NCBI GenBank assembly: GCA_963767925.1
Contig: CAVYGB010000008.1
Span: forward strand, 96,001 to 160,000
Source: an uncultured delta proteobacterium
Lineage (GTDB): Bacteria; Myxococcota_A; Polyangia; Fen-1088
Reading direction: 5' to 3'
Length of the DNA stretch: 64,000 nt
A program made the position numbers and the translations under genes. This document shows, piece by piece, positions 48,773 through 58,190 of the stretch (the stretch's first letter is position 1; every line of letters starts with the position of its first letter). A model generated the notes under the pieces. That model was not told the DNA's origin. It made no database searches and saw only the letters and a list, made by a program, of their open reading frames with translations.

Positions 48773-49117
48773 TCAGATGCGGCGGAGCTCGCGGCCCAGG
48801 AAGTAGCGGCTCGCCGCCCCGCCCACCCGGCAGAGGGCGTGAATGGTGAGCGCGTGGATCAGCACGGCCAGTCCCCAGCCGAACATCGGCCAGACGAACC
48901 ACAGCCGATCGGGCGCCTGCGAGAGGTTCAGCACCGCGAGCAGCGCGATCACGAGGGCGTAGGTGCCGGCGTGGGCGTAGAGGCCGAGCTTGGCCCGGGA
49001 TCGGGCGCGCTCTGACTCCTCCTCCTCGAGGTCCCCGGGCGAGGACTCGGCCCAGTAGGGAACGCCGTACGGCACGCTCGGCTCGCTCCTGCGTCGAACT
49101 TCCAACTGTCTCATCAT
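48773..49117 (-). CDS. 2TM domain protein
   Basis: H...Y.LV..LL..LN....WFVWPMFGWGLAVLIHA; GGAGGAG RBS. Confidence 0.85.
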   Translation of the reverse strand: MMRQLEVRRRSEPSVPYGVPYWAESSPGDLEEEESERARSRAKLGLYAHAGTYALVIALLAVLNLSQAPDRLWFVWPMFGWGLAVLIHALTIHALCRVGGAASRYFLGRELRRI

Positions 49118-49217
49118 GGCTCTCCTCCCGCCGCCCACGTACGGCACGTCCTGTGTCGGCCCACACCGAATATGAGTCCGGCGGGAGGCGCATCCATCGG
49201 GAACCGTCCTCAGACGG

Positions 49218-50192
49218 TCAGCGCCGGCGCGGGGTGGCAGCGGCGAAGGTCCGGAGCTGGCGGCCGACCAGCGCCTCCAGCTCCTCGAGCTGGTCTCCGG
49301 CGATCAGCAGGACGTCGGCCCCGCCGGCCAGGGTGCGCACCGCCGGGGTGACGCGGGCGTTGGTGATGAGCCAGACCGCGTGACAGCCGTACGACTCGCG
49401 GGCCGCTTCGGCCTGACGAATCATCCGGTTCGTCGCGGCGGTGTCCGGACCCTTGAGCTGGACGACGACCTTGCGCCCGCGCCAGGAGAACAGCAGGTCG
49501 GCGCCGTGGGGGCCGGTCAAGGGCCAGGACGACACGTCGGTCACTCCGGCCGCCTCGAGCAGGGCCGCCACGTGCAAGGCGAGCTGGGTGGCGGTCATGG
49601 TCCGGAGGGCCGCCGGATCGCGGACCGGGCTCCGGGGCCGGTGCTCGTCGAAGTACGACTGGAACCGCCCGCTGACCGATTGCGTGCGGCGCCGGCGCCG
49701 GCCACCCTCCGGCGGCGGCTCGTCGCCCGGCTGCTCGTCCAGGCGAGCCGCGATGGCGGCGTGGGCCCGGTGGCGCAGGTTCTGGAGCTCGGCGGGGGCG
49801 TCCCGGTCGTCCCAGTCGCGCAGGCGTTCGCCCGGCTCGGGCCGATGGCGGCTGGTTTCGGGCAGGAAGTAGCGCAGGAAATCCACGGTCGCGTCCGCGG
49901 CTTGCACCGGGCGGGCCTGGATCATCCCGGCCAGGCGAGCCAGGTAGGTCTTCAAGGCCGCCTCCTCGGATCGTTGCGGCCGCTCCCGGCTGAGGGCCAC
50001 CAGCCGCTCCGCCGTGTCGTCGGCGCCCGGCTTGCGGGCGAAGCTGCGCATCGCCCGCCGGGCTACCGGCGGCACCTCCACCCCCAGCGCCGCCGAGAGG
50101 CGCCGCGGCCGCCCTGCGGTGGCGCAGGCGGCGCGCGGGCAGAAGTTCGCGTCCGGCTGGTACTTCTTTCCGCAGCCCGAGCAGACCTTCAT
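49218..50192 (-). CDS. Zinc-ribbon / Mrr-type restriction endonuclease domain protein
   Basis: N-terminal CSGCG...NFCP...C; C-terminal GADLL...KVVVQLK...ARESYGC..VWLITN..T......A....V.LI.G.QL. Confidence 0.72.
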   Translation of the reverse strand: MKVCSGCGKKYQPDANFCPRAACATAGRPRRLSAALGVEVPPVARRAMRSFARKPGADDTAERLVALSRERPQRSEEAALKTYLARLAGMIQARPVQAADATVDFLRYFLPETSRHRPEPGERLRDWDDRDAPAELQNLRHRAHAAIAARLDEQPGDEPPPEGGRRRRRTQSVSGRFQSYFDEHRPRSPVRDPAALRTMTATQLALHVAALLEAAGVTDVSSWPLTGPHGADLLFSWRGRKVVVQLKGPDTAATNRMIRQAEAARESYGCHAVWLITNARVTPAVRTLAGGADVLLIAGDQLEELEALVGRQLRTFAAATPRRR

Positions 50193-50488
50193 CGCGAGCG
50201 AGCCCCGCGCTGCAAGCAGCGCCGGCAGCCCGCCCGGTTGGCCGCGCGGTCCATCATGGTCAGCGGTCGACATCCCGGTCAAACACCGATCTACCGAACT
50301 GCAGTCTACCGTGACCCGGCCCGGCGAGCGATCCGGCTCAGGGTTGTGCCGGCGATTCCCGGAGGTGTCGGCGGAGGTGGCAGGTCGGGGCTCGGCGCCG
50401 TTCCAGGTCGGGCCGCGAGACGAAGGCCGGCATCAGGCCCACGCCAGGCACCATCTGGAAGCGCAGGTGCCCGCGGGCCGGGAGGCGG

Positions 50489-50827
50489 TCAGGAACCGAG
50501 CGGCCCGCGGGGGTGCGTGCTGCTCGATTCGGAGACCACCCGGGCCAGGCGGGGCCGCGCCGTGCGCTTGACCCGTTCCAGGGTGCGCGTGATCAGGCTC
50601 CGGATGCGCAGGAGGAGTCGTTCGGCCCAGGCGAACTCGGTCGCCAGGATCGCCACCCCGAACGGGATGACGACGATGGCCGGTCCGGGCAACACGATGA
50701 GGACGATCCCGAGCGCGACGACACACCCCCCGGCGATCGCCACCGCCACCTTCCGCAAGATCCGGAGCAGCGGACGGCAGGTCAGACGCTTCGTGACGGT
50801 ACTCCCGGGAGCGAAGCGGCCGCTCAT
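50489..50827 (-). CDS. PGPGW-family transmembrane protein
   Basis: GIVLIVLPGPAIVVIPFGVAILATEFAWA. Confidence 0.85.
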   Translation of the reverse strand: MSGRFAPGSTVTKRLTCRPLLRILRKVAVAIAGGCVVALGIVLIVLPGPAIVVIPFGVAILATEFAWAERLLLRIRSLITRTLERVKRTARPRLARVVSESSSTHPRGPLGS

Positions 50828-51014
50828 CGATCCCTTCCTACGCTTCCTGCTGCAACCGGGAGACGCTTCGACATACCCACCAAGTTAACCATCAACATAG
50901 TCACCGTGACTTGATGAGGGTAGCAGTCAGACACAGGTGAGGCTCGTGAGCAGCCCTCGAAAGAAGGGAAACCACCGGTGTCCGGGCGGTCGCGGCGGAC
51001 GATCGGCGATCGCG

Positions 51015-51052
51015 ATCGACCGACAGATTTTTGGCGGTGAAAATCCGTCGAT
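51015..51052. terminator. Hairpin downstream of the kinase gene
   Basis: Imperfect inverted repeat GATCGAC...GATTTT...AAAATC.GTCGATC just after the minus-strand stop at 51065. Confidence 0.4.
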
Positions 51053-51064
51053 CGGATCTCAAGC

Positions 51065-52876
51065 TCAGATGTCGAGGATCGGTCCCGGCGATGGGGAGCG
51101 CACCGGTTGATTGGGGACCAGCGGGGGACGCAGGTTCACCGGCGCGCGCGGCCGGGGCAGCGGGCGCAAGCGCAACGTCAGGATTGTTTCGTCCGTGGGT
51201 CGAACCGTGATCAGGCGGGTCTCGTAGCCGGGCGCGCGGAAGGTCACGGTGAATGGTGGAGAGCCGGCCGGCAGGCGCAGCGGCAAGGCGACCGGCACGC
51301 CATCGACGAGCGCGACGAGGTCGGGCGGCGCGTCGGCGATCTCGAAGGTGACCGCAGCGACAGGTCCCGGCGCGGAGCCGGGTGAAGCCGGCGCTGCCGC
51401 AGCCGCTGACGACGGTGCTGCCGCATCCGACGCGGGCGCCGCCACCGCCGGTGTCTGGGGGGCGAGCGGGGCGTCGGCGCTCCCTGCGGTCAGGGGATCG
51501 GCCGCGCGGAGGGGCTCGTCGCCCGGGGCTTCGGCGAGGCGCATCAGCAGCCGGCCGGCGGTGGCGAGCACCAGGACCGCCGCCAGCGCCGGCAGCAACA
51601 AGCTCCGGGCGCGGGGGCCGTCCTGGGCCGCCGAGAGCGGATGCGCCGGACGCGGCGAGGTGAAGGTGTCGGCGGCCGCGGCGACCTGCGGGGCCGACGG
51701 TGGCGGCGTGTGCTCGCGCGTCGGAGGGGGAGCGGCGGGCGGCGGCGGGGCCGCGGCGGGGCGGCGGGACTTGCGCGTCGCCAGGCGCGGGTCGCGTGGC
51801 GGAGGCGCGGCCAGGAGCTGGGTGTCGAGCAACGGCGCCGGCCGGGCCGCGGGCGGACCGGAAGATGGCGCGGGCGGCGCTGCCGGAGCCGGGGCCGCCG
51901 CTGGCGCTGCGTAGTAGTCGGACCAGGCCACCTGCTTCTTTGCCGAAGCGTGGGCGAGCAGGGCCGCCCCGAACGCGCGCGCGCTGGCGAAGCGCTGCTC
52001 CGGGTCGGGCGCCATCGCGCGGAGCACCGCCGCCTCGAGCGCGGGCGGCAGCTCCGGCCGCAACCGGGCGGGCGCCACGAACGCACCCGCGGCGATGGCC
52101 CGCAGGACGGCCGGCGCCGTGTCGCCCTCGTACGGCCGCCGCGCCGTGAGGCACTCGTAAAGGACGACGCCCAGCGCGTGCTGGTCGGTGCGGGCGTCGA
52201 CCGGCCGGCCCTGGACCTGCTCGGGCGCCAGGTAATGCGTCGTGCCCAGCAGCGCGCCGGGGTCGGTGAGGGGCGCCCCGCCGGTCAGGTCCTCGACCTT
52301 CGAGATGCCGAAGTCCAGCACCCGCGGCGACACCTCGTCGGCGGACTGGCGGGCGAGGAAGATGTTCCTCGGCTTGAGGTCGCGGTGGATGACCCCCGCC
52401 CCGTGGGCCGCGAACACGCCCGCACACACCGCCAGCAGGATGTCGGCGGCCTCCGCGATCGGCAGGCCGCGCGGGTGGCGATCCAGGCGGTCGCTGAGAT
52501 CCTCGCCACGCAGGAGCTGCATGACGATGAAGGGGCGCTCTCCCTCGGCGCCGTAGTCGATGACGTTGACCACGTGGGGGTGCTGGATCCGCGAGGAGGC
52601 GGCGGCCTCGCGCAGGAACCGCGCCCGGGCCTGGGGATCGGCGGCGGCCTCGTCGCGCAGGACCTTGAGGGCGACAAGCTTGCCCATCTCGGTGTGGACC
52701 GCCTCGTAGACCGAGCCCATGCCCCCCGCGCCCAGCAGGCGCAAGATGCGGTAGCGGCCGAGGGTGAACCCCTCGGGGAGGACGGCGTCGTCGCGGAGCC
52801 GGGGCCGGACCGCCCGGCGGGGGCGCTCGGCCCGCGTGGGGAGGGTGCCGGGCGTGGGTGGGTCGGACCGCTTCAT
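51065..52876 (-). CDS. Membrane Ser/Thr protein kinase with PEGA-like C-terminus
   Basis: LGAGGMGSVY, ALKVL, HRDLKPRN, DFG, YLAPE; TM segment; VDG...P......F.APGY. Confidence 0.95.
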   Translation of the reverse strand: MKRSDPPTPGTLPTRAERPRRAVRPRLRDDAVLPEGFTLGRYRILRLLGAGGMGSVYEAVHTEMGKLVALKVLRDEAAADPQARARFLREAAASSRIQHPHVVNVIDYGAEGERPFIVMQLLRGEDLSDRLDRHPRGLPIAEAADILLAVCAGVFAAHGAGVIHRDLKPRNIFLARQSADEVSPRVLDFGISKVEDLTGGAPLTDPGALLGTTHYLAPEQVQGRPVDARTDQHALGVVLYECLTARRPYEGDTAPAVLRAIAAGAFVAPARLRPELPPALEAAVLRAMAPDPEQRFASARAFGAALLAHASAKKQVAWSDYYAAPAAAPAPAAPPAPSSGPPAARPAPLLDTQLLAAPPPRDPRLATRKSRRPAAAPPPPAAPPPTREHTPPPSAPQVAAAADTFTSPRPAHPLSAAQDGPRARSLLLPALAAVLVLATAGRLLMRLAEAPGDEPLRAADPLTAGSADAPLAPQTPAVAAPASDAAAPSSAAAAAPASPGSAPGPVAAVTFEIADAPPDLVALVDGVPVALPLRLPAGSPPFTVTFRAPGYETRLITVRPTDETILTLRLRPLPRPRAPVNLRPPLVPNQPVRSPSPGPILDI

Positions 52877-52910
52877 GGCTCGCGTCGAGCGCGAGATTGT
52901 ACCCCCCTGT

Positions 52911-52926
52911 TGCAGGGCGGATGCCA
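52911..52926 (-). promoter_or_regulatory. Putative sigma54 -24/-12 promoter of the kinase gene
   Basis: TGGCATCCGCCCTGCA (GG-N10-GC), about 35 bp upstream of the kinase ATG. Confidence 0.65.
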
Positions 52927-53000
52927 GGGCGCCTACCGGAAAGCGGAAGAAAAAGCGACAGTCGCCCGCAACTCCCGACCGTCCGCACCGAAACCTGCGC

Positions 53001-54644
53001 GTGGCTCTCCTTGGCGATTCGACAAAGGTTCCGGCGCTCGACGGCTCGACTCGGGGCGGGGCTCCCCAGGTGGTCCCCGCCCTGACCATCGTCTGGCACC
53101 CCGATCCGGCGCGGGTAGGGGAGCTGTGCCCGCTGCCGGGGCTGGCCAGCGGGGAGCCGGTGTCGCTGGCCCGCCTGGCGCCGCTGTTCAGCCAGCCGGG
53201 CGCGCGCGACCCCCGGGGCCTGGAGGACAACCACCTCAGCCGCTCGACCCCCGCCCTGCTGATCCTGACCGACGCGCACGGCCAGCTCGAGCTCCGGCCC
53301 GGCGGGGGCGAAGTCCCCGCCGAGGTGCACGGGGCTCCCCTGCAGCGGCCGACCACCCTGGCCGCCGCCGAGCTGGAGGCGGGGGTCATCGTGACCCTCG
53401 CCCGCCGGATCGTCCTCTGCCTGCACCTGGTGCGCCTGCCGGTGGTGCGCGGACCCCAGCTCGGCCTCTGTGGCGGCAGCGACGCCATGGAGCGCGTGCG
53501 CCAGCTCATCGGCCGGGTGGCCAACCTCGACGTGCCCGTGCTCGTGCGCGGGGAGACCGGCACCGGCAAGGAGATGGTGGCGCGGGCCCTCGTCGAGTCG
53601 GGCGCCCGCGCGAGCCGACCCCTCGTCTCGGTCAACATGGCGGCGGTCTCGCCGAGCACGGCGGTCGCCGAGCTGTTCGGCCACGAGCGGGGCGCCTTCA
53701 CCGGGGCGGCGGTCGCCCGCAGCGGCTACTTCGGTCAGGCCGCTGGTGGCACCCTGTTCCTCGACGAGGTCGGCCTGACCCCCCGCGAGCTGCAGACCAT
53801 GTTGCTGCGGGTGCTGGAGACCGGCGAGGTGATGCCGGTGGGGGCCGCCCGGGGACAGCGGAGCGACGTCCGCGTGGTCTCCGCCACCGACGCCGACCTG
53901 GAGCGGGACATCGCCGCCCGCACCTTCTCCGAACCCCTGTTTCACCGCCTGGCGGGCTTCCAGATCGTCCTGCCTCCCCTGCGCGAGCGGCGCGAGGACA
54001 TCGGCTCGCTCCTCCTGCTCTTCCTCCAGCGCGAGCTGGAGGCGGTCGGCGCCGCCGAGCAGCTCGAGGCGGAGGCGGGGGGCCGGCCCTGGCTGTCCGC
54101 GGCCCAGGTCGCCCGCCTGGCCATGGCCGCCTGGCCGGGGAACGTGCGGGCCCTCCGCAACGCCGTCCGGCAGATGGTGATCGCCGGCCACTCCGAGCCC
54201 CGGGCCTGCCTCGACGAGGCCGTCGAGCGCCTGATGGATCCGGCGGCGGTCCGCAGCGAGACGCCGACCCCCACGCCGGTGCGGACCCCCACCCCGACCG
54301 TCACGCCCACGCCCGTGCGCAGCGGGCGCGAGATCGACCTCGATGCCTTCTACGCCTGCTACCAGCGCAACGGCTGGAGCGCGACCGCCACCGCGGCCGA
54401 GCTGGGGATTCCCCGCACCACCGTGATCGCCCTCCGCGACCGCCACCCGCGCCTGCGCAACCCCAACCGCATCCCTCCGTCGGAGCTGCAGGTCGCCCTG
54501 CGCGAATGCAACGGCGATCTCTCGCTGCTGGCCGAGCGGCTGAAGGTCTCCCGCCGCGGGCTGCAGCTCCGGCTGTCGCAGATCTCCAACGACGAGGCGG
54601 ACCGGGAGCCGGTGCCAGCCGGTCGGTCCGGCGCCGCCGGCTGA
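53001..54644 (+). CDS. Sigma54-dependent activator (bEBP) with FHA-like N-terminus and tandem HTH-like C-terminus
   Basis: GETGTGKE, ELFGHERGAFTGA, GTLFLDEVG, LFHRL, PPLRERREDI, WPGNVR.L.N; N-terminal L.R...D..LSR. Start codon uncertain. Confidence 0.92.
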   Translation: MALLGDSTKVPALDGSTRGGAPQVVPALTIVWHPDPARVGELCPLPGLASGEPVSLARLAPLFSQPGARDPRGLEDNHLSRSTPALLILTDAHGQLELRPGGGEVPAEVHGAPLQRPTTLAAAELEAGVIVTLARRIVLCLHLVRLPVVRGPQLGLCGGSDAMERVRQLIGRVANLDVPVLVRGETGTGKEMVARALVESGARASRPLVSVNMAAVSPSTAVAELFGHERGAFTGAAVARSGYFGQAAGGTLFLDEVGLTPRELQTMLLRVLETGEVMPVGAARGQRSDVRVVSATDADLERDIAARTFSEPLFHRLAGFQIVLPPLRERREDIGSLLLLFLQRELEAVGAAEQLEAEAGGRPWLSAAQVARLAMAAWPGNVRALRNAVRQMVIAGHSEPRACLDEAVERLMDPAAVRSETPTPTPVRTPTPTVTPTPVRSGREIDLDAFYACYQRNGWSATATAAELGIPRTTVIALRDRHPRLRNPNRIPPSELQVALRECNGDLSLLAERLKVSRRGLQLRLSQISNDEADREPVPAGRSGAAG

Positions 54645-54668
54645 GGCTCGCGGTCGGTCCGGCGCGGT

Positions 54669-55460
54669 CTACTTCTCGACGAAGGCGCGCTCGATGACGT
54701 ATTGGCCCTGGCCGTCGCTGCTCCCCTCCTCGAAGCCGCGGGGCTCGAGCAGGCTGACGAGGTCGCCGAGGGCCGAGGGGCTGCCGCAGATCATCACCCG
54801 GTCGTGCTCCGGCGCGAGCGGGGGCAGGCCCAGGTCGGCGCACATCTTGCCGTTCTCCACCAGGTTGGTGATGCGCCCCTGGTTGCGGAAGGGCTCGCGG
54901 GTGACGGTGGGGTAATAGAGGAGCTGCTGGGCGGCCGCGTCGCCGACCAGCTCGTGCCGGGCCAGCTCGCTCTCGATGTATTCGCGGTAGCCGAGGTCGC
55001 TGATGCGGCGGACGCCGTGGGCGACGATCACCTGCTCGTAGCGCTCGTAGGTCTCGGGATCGCGGATGATGCTCATGAACGGCGCCAGGCCCGTGCCGGT
55101 GGCGAACAGGTACAGGCGCTTGCCGGGCTGGAGGTTGTCGAGGAGCAGGGTGCCGGTTGGCTTGCGGCTGACCAGCACGGAGTGGCCGGGCGCGACGTGT
55201 TGCAGCCGGGAGGTGAGGGCGCCGTCAGCGACCTTGATGCTGAAGAACTCCAGGTGCTCGTCGTAGTTCGCGCTCACCAGGCTGTAGGCCCGCAGCAGCG
55301 GCCGGCCGTCGACCTCGAGGCCCATCATGACGAAGTGGCCGTTGCGGAAGCGGAACCCGGGGTTGCGGGTGGTCTTGAAGCTGAACAGCGAGTCGTTCCA
55401 GTGGTGCACACTGATGACGCGTTCTTCGTTGAAGGCCTGGCGGGGATTGGCGGTTGTCAC
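54669..55460 (-). CDS. fpr: Ferredoxin-NADP+ reductase
   Basis: VHHWNDSLFSF, RAYS, GALTSRL, TGTGLAPF, MICGSP, ERAFVEK. Confidence 0.96.
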   Translation of the reverse strand: MTTANPRQAFNEERVISVHHWNDSLFSFKTTRNPGFRFRNGHFVMMGLEVDGRPLLRAYSLVSANYDEHLEFFSIKVADGALTSRLQHVAPGHSVLVSRKPTGTLLLDNLQPGKRLYLFATGTGLAPFMSIIRDPETYERYEQVIVAHGVRRISDLGYREYIESELARHELVGDAAAQQLLYYPTVTREPFRNQGRITNLVENGKMCADLGLPPLAPEHDRVMICGSPSALGDLVSLLEPRGFEEGSSDGQGQYVIERAFVEK

Positions 55461-55545
55461 GGCTGGGGTCCTCGGCAGCGGTTGATGTCCGTCAGTCTAG
55501 GGGTGGGCCCTTGATTGGCAAAACCGGATGTTTTGATATAGACGT

Positions 55546-55558
55546 TCGGAAATACCGA
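55546..55558. promoter_or_regulatory. LysR T-N11-A operator between fpr and finR
   Basis: Palindromic TCGG-AAATA-CCGA directly before the regulator ATG. Confidence 0.65.
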
Positions 55559-55559
55559 T

Positions 55560-56462
55560 ATGCGATACAGCCTGCGGCAGCTCGAGGTGTTTCTGGCCGT
55601 CGCCCGCGTGGAGAGCGTGCGGCGGGCCGCCCAGGCGCTCGCCATGTCGCAGTCGGCCGCCAGCGGGTCGCTGGCCGAGCTGGAGCGCCAGTTCGGGATC
55701 CAGCTCTTCGATCGAGTGGGCAAGCGGTTGCAGCTCAGCGAGCTGGGGCGGGGCTTGCGGGCCCAGGCCGAGGCCACCCTGGACCAGGCCCGCGACCTCG
55801 AGCGGGCGCTGGCCAGCCAGGCGGGGGTGGGACGGCTGCGGATCGGCGCCACTCTCACCATCGGCAACTACCTGGCGGTGCCGCTGATGGCCCGGTTCAT
55901 GCGCGAGAACCCCGAGGCCGAGCTGACCCTCGCGGTGGCCAACACCGAGGAGATCGCCCGCCAGGTGGCCAACTTCGAGATCGACGTGGCCCTCATCGAG
56001 GGGGAGGTCGAGCACCCCGAGCTGGAGGTGAGCCCCTGGCGCGACGACGAGCTGGTCGTGTTCTGCGCCCCGGGGCACCCCTTCGCCCGCAAGCGGTCGC
56101 TCCGGGACGAGGACCTGCAGCGGGCGGCCTGGATCGTGCGCGAGCAGGGCTCGGGCACCCGCCAGACCTTCGACCGGGCCATGCGGGGGCTGCTGCCCGG
56201 GCTGCACATCGCCCTGGCCCTGCAGCACACCGAGGCCATCAAGGAGGCGGTGGCCGCCCGGCTGGGGCTGGGCTGCGTCTCCCGCATCGCCCTGCGCGAG
56301 CCCTTCTCCCGGGGTCTCCTGCGCCCGTGCCGGGTGCCCCACCGCGACTTCCGGCGGAAGTTCTACTTTCTCCTCCACAAGCGCAAGTTCCGTGGCACCG
56401 GCATCAAGCGCTGGCTCCAGCTCTGTCAGGAGAGCCCCGGCGAGGAGCGGCCGCTCGGCTGA
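55560..56462 (+). CDS. finR: LysR-family regulator divergent from fpr (FinR-like)
   Basis: MRYSLRQLEVF, SQSAAS, LFDRVGKRL, GATLTIGNYL, REQGSGTR, TEAIK; same arrangement as Pseudomonas finR-fpr. Confidence 0.88.
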   Translation: MRYSLRQLEVFLAVARVESVRRAAQALAMSQSAASGSLAELERQFGIQLFDRVGKRLQLSELGRGLRAQAEATLDQARDLERALASQAGVGRLRIGATLTIGNYLAVPLMARFMRENPEAELTLAVANTEEIARQVANFEIDVALIEGEVEHPELEVSPWRDDELVVFCAPGHPFARKRSLRDEDLQRAAWIVREQGSGTRQTFDRAMRGLLPGLHIALALQHTEAIKEAVAARLGLGCVSRIALREPFSRGLLRPCRVPHRDFRRKFYFLLHKRKFRGTGIKRWLQLCQESPGEERPLG

Positions 56463-56877
56463 GGCCAAGGCCCGGCCGTTCCGGTCAGCCCCGGGCGCGG
56501 CTGACCGGTGTCGATCACCAGCCCCGGCCCGCGCCCCATCGGGGGGCACCAGGATCACGAGGCCCGCGGCGAGCAGAGGGACCAGCGCCCGGGCCAGCAT
56601 GCGGTCCCGCGGGCGATTCAGCGATGTCGGCTGTCGTCGGCGCACCGCCATAAACGCAGCCTCGGGTGGGAACGTTTCGGGCCAGCCGGGAAATTCAGGC
56701 CGAACGCGCAGTTAACCCCGGCGGGCTCCGTCGGGTCGCCGCTGGCCCCGCGAAAGATTTGCGGCCCGCGCCGGAGGCGAGCTTCGTGCTTCCTCGCGAT
56801 CGGCCCGATGGCTCTCGCCCCGCGCGAGCCCATGTTCTCCCGGCGCCCCTTTTCGCGGGGCGCGAGGAGGTTGCCCC

Positions 56878-58044
56878 GTGCGCTTCGTGATGTTTTACCA
56901 CTCGCTCGTCTCGGACTGGAACAACGGGAACGCCCACTTCCTCCGGGGGATCGCCAGCGAGCTGCAGGCCCGGGGCCACGAGGTGATCGTCCGGGAGCCC
57001 GCCGGTGGCTGGAGCCGGCACAACCTGCTCGTCGATCACGGCCCCGGCGCCCTCGACGCCTTCGCCCGGGCCTATCCCGGCCTGCGCAGTGAGCTCTACG
57101 AGGCCGGAGAGCTCGACCTCGAGGCGGCCATCGCCGGCGCCGACGTGGTCATCGTCCACACCTGGAACGAGCGCCCGCTCGTCGAGGACCTCGGGCGGCT
57201 GGTGGCCCGCCTCCGCCCGGGCGGCCCCCGGCTGCTGTTTCACGACACCCACCACCGACTGGTCTCCGACCCGGAGGCCATGGCGGCCCTCGATCTCGCC
57301 GGCTACGACGGGGTGCTCGCCTTCGGGGCGGTCCTGGCCGACCGGTACCGCGCCGGTGGACGCTGCCGCCGGGCCTACGTCTGGCACGAGGCGGCCGACA
57401 CGCGGGTCTTCTTTCCCCGGGCCCGTCCGGTCGAGGCCGATCTGGTCTGGGTGGGAAACTGGGGGGACGACGAGCGGATCCGGCAGCTCGAGGAGCTCCT
57501 GATCGAACCGGTGCGCGAGCTGGGGCTGTCGGCGCGCGTGTACGGCGTCCGCTATCCCAGCTCGGCCCAGGGCGCGCTGGCCCGGGCGGGCATCGAATAC
57601 CGGGGCCGGATCGCCAACTTCGAGGTGCCCGAGGTGTTCGCCCGCCACCGCCTCACCCTGCACATCCCCCCCCGGCCGTACACAACGATGTTGCCTGGCA
57701 TCCCAACCATCCGCCCCTTCGAGGCCCTGGCCTGCGCCATCCCGCTCGTCTCGGCCCCCTGGTCGGATCGAGAGGCCCTGTTCTCCGCGGACCGTGACTA
57801 CCTTGTCGCCCGCGACGGCCGCGAGATGAAGCGCCAGATCGCCCGCCTGCTGGCCCAGCCCGCCGCCGCCCGCCGGCTCGCCGACGCCGGGCTGGCCCGC
57901 ATCCGGGAGGCCCACACCTGCGGCCACCGGGTCGACCGGCTGCTCGCCATCCTGGCCGACATCCAGCGCCAGGATCGCGCCGCCGAGCGCGCCGCCGATC
58001 GCGCCGAACGGGCCGCCGCCCGGACCGGAGCGTCCCCGCCCTGA
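56878..58044 (+). CDS. CgeB-family glycosyltransferase
   Basis: HSLVSDWNNGNAHFLRG, FHDTHHR, WHEAAD, GNWGDDER, LPGIPTIRPFEALAC, HTCGHR. Confidence 0.88.
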   Translation: MRFVMFYHSLVSDWNNGNAHFLRGIASELQARGHEVIVREPAGGWSRHNLLVDHGPGALDAFARAYPGLRSELYEAGELDLEAAIAGADVVIVHTWNERPLVEDLGRLVARLRPGGPRLLFHDTHHRLVSDPEAMAALDLAGYDGVLAFGAVLADRYRAGGRCRRAYVWHEAADTRVFFPRARPVEADLVWVGNWGDDERIRQLEELLIEPVRELGLSARVYGVRYPSSAQGALARAGIEYRGRIANFEVPEVFARHRLTLHIPPRPYTTMLPGIPTIRPFEALACAIPLVSAPWSDREALFSADRDYLVARDGREMKRQIARLLAQPAAARRLADAGLARIREAHTCGHRVDRLLAILADIQRQDRAAERAADRAERAAARTGASPP

Positions 58045-58190
58045 CATCCAACCGGCACCTGACGCGCCCTGGGCGCCGGGCGATGCGCCGTGTCCCCCTG
58101 CCGATCCGCAGCGGACGCAAACGTTGTCCGAGCGGCGGTCCGGCCGGACGGCCTTTCCCGACGCCGGGTGGGTGGTAGGCTCGCGCCACC

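Noticed and set aside
50908..50965. Hammerhead ribozyme or c-di-GMP riboswitch
   Set aside because: TGATGA...GAAA is present, but the core C and stems I/III are missing, and the GGCAAAC/GACGCAAA elements are absent.
50901..54697. Very long overlapping ORFs (1181, 1018 aa) and similar antisense ORFs throughout the window
   Set aside because: They are shadow frames typical of high-GC DNA: Arg/Gly/Pro-rich with no motifs, overlapping well-supported genes.
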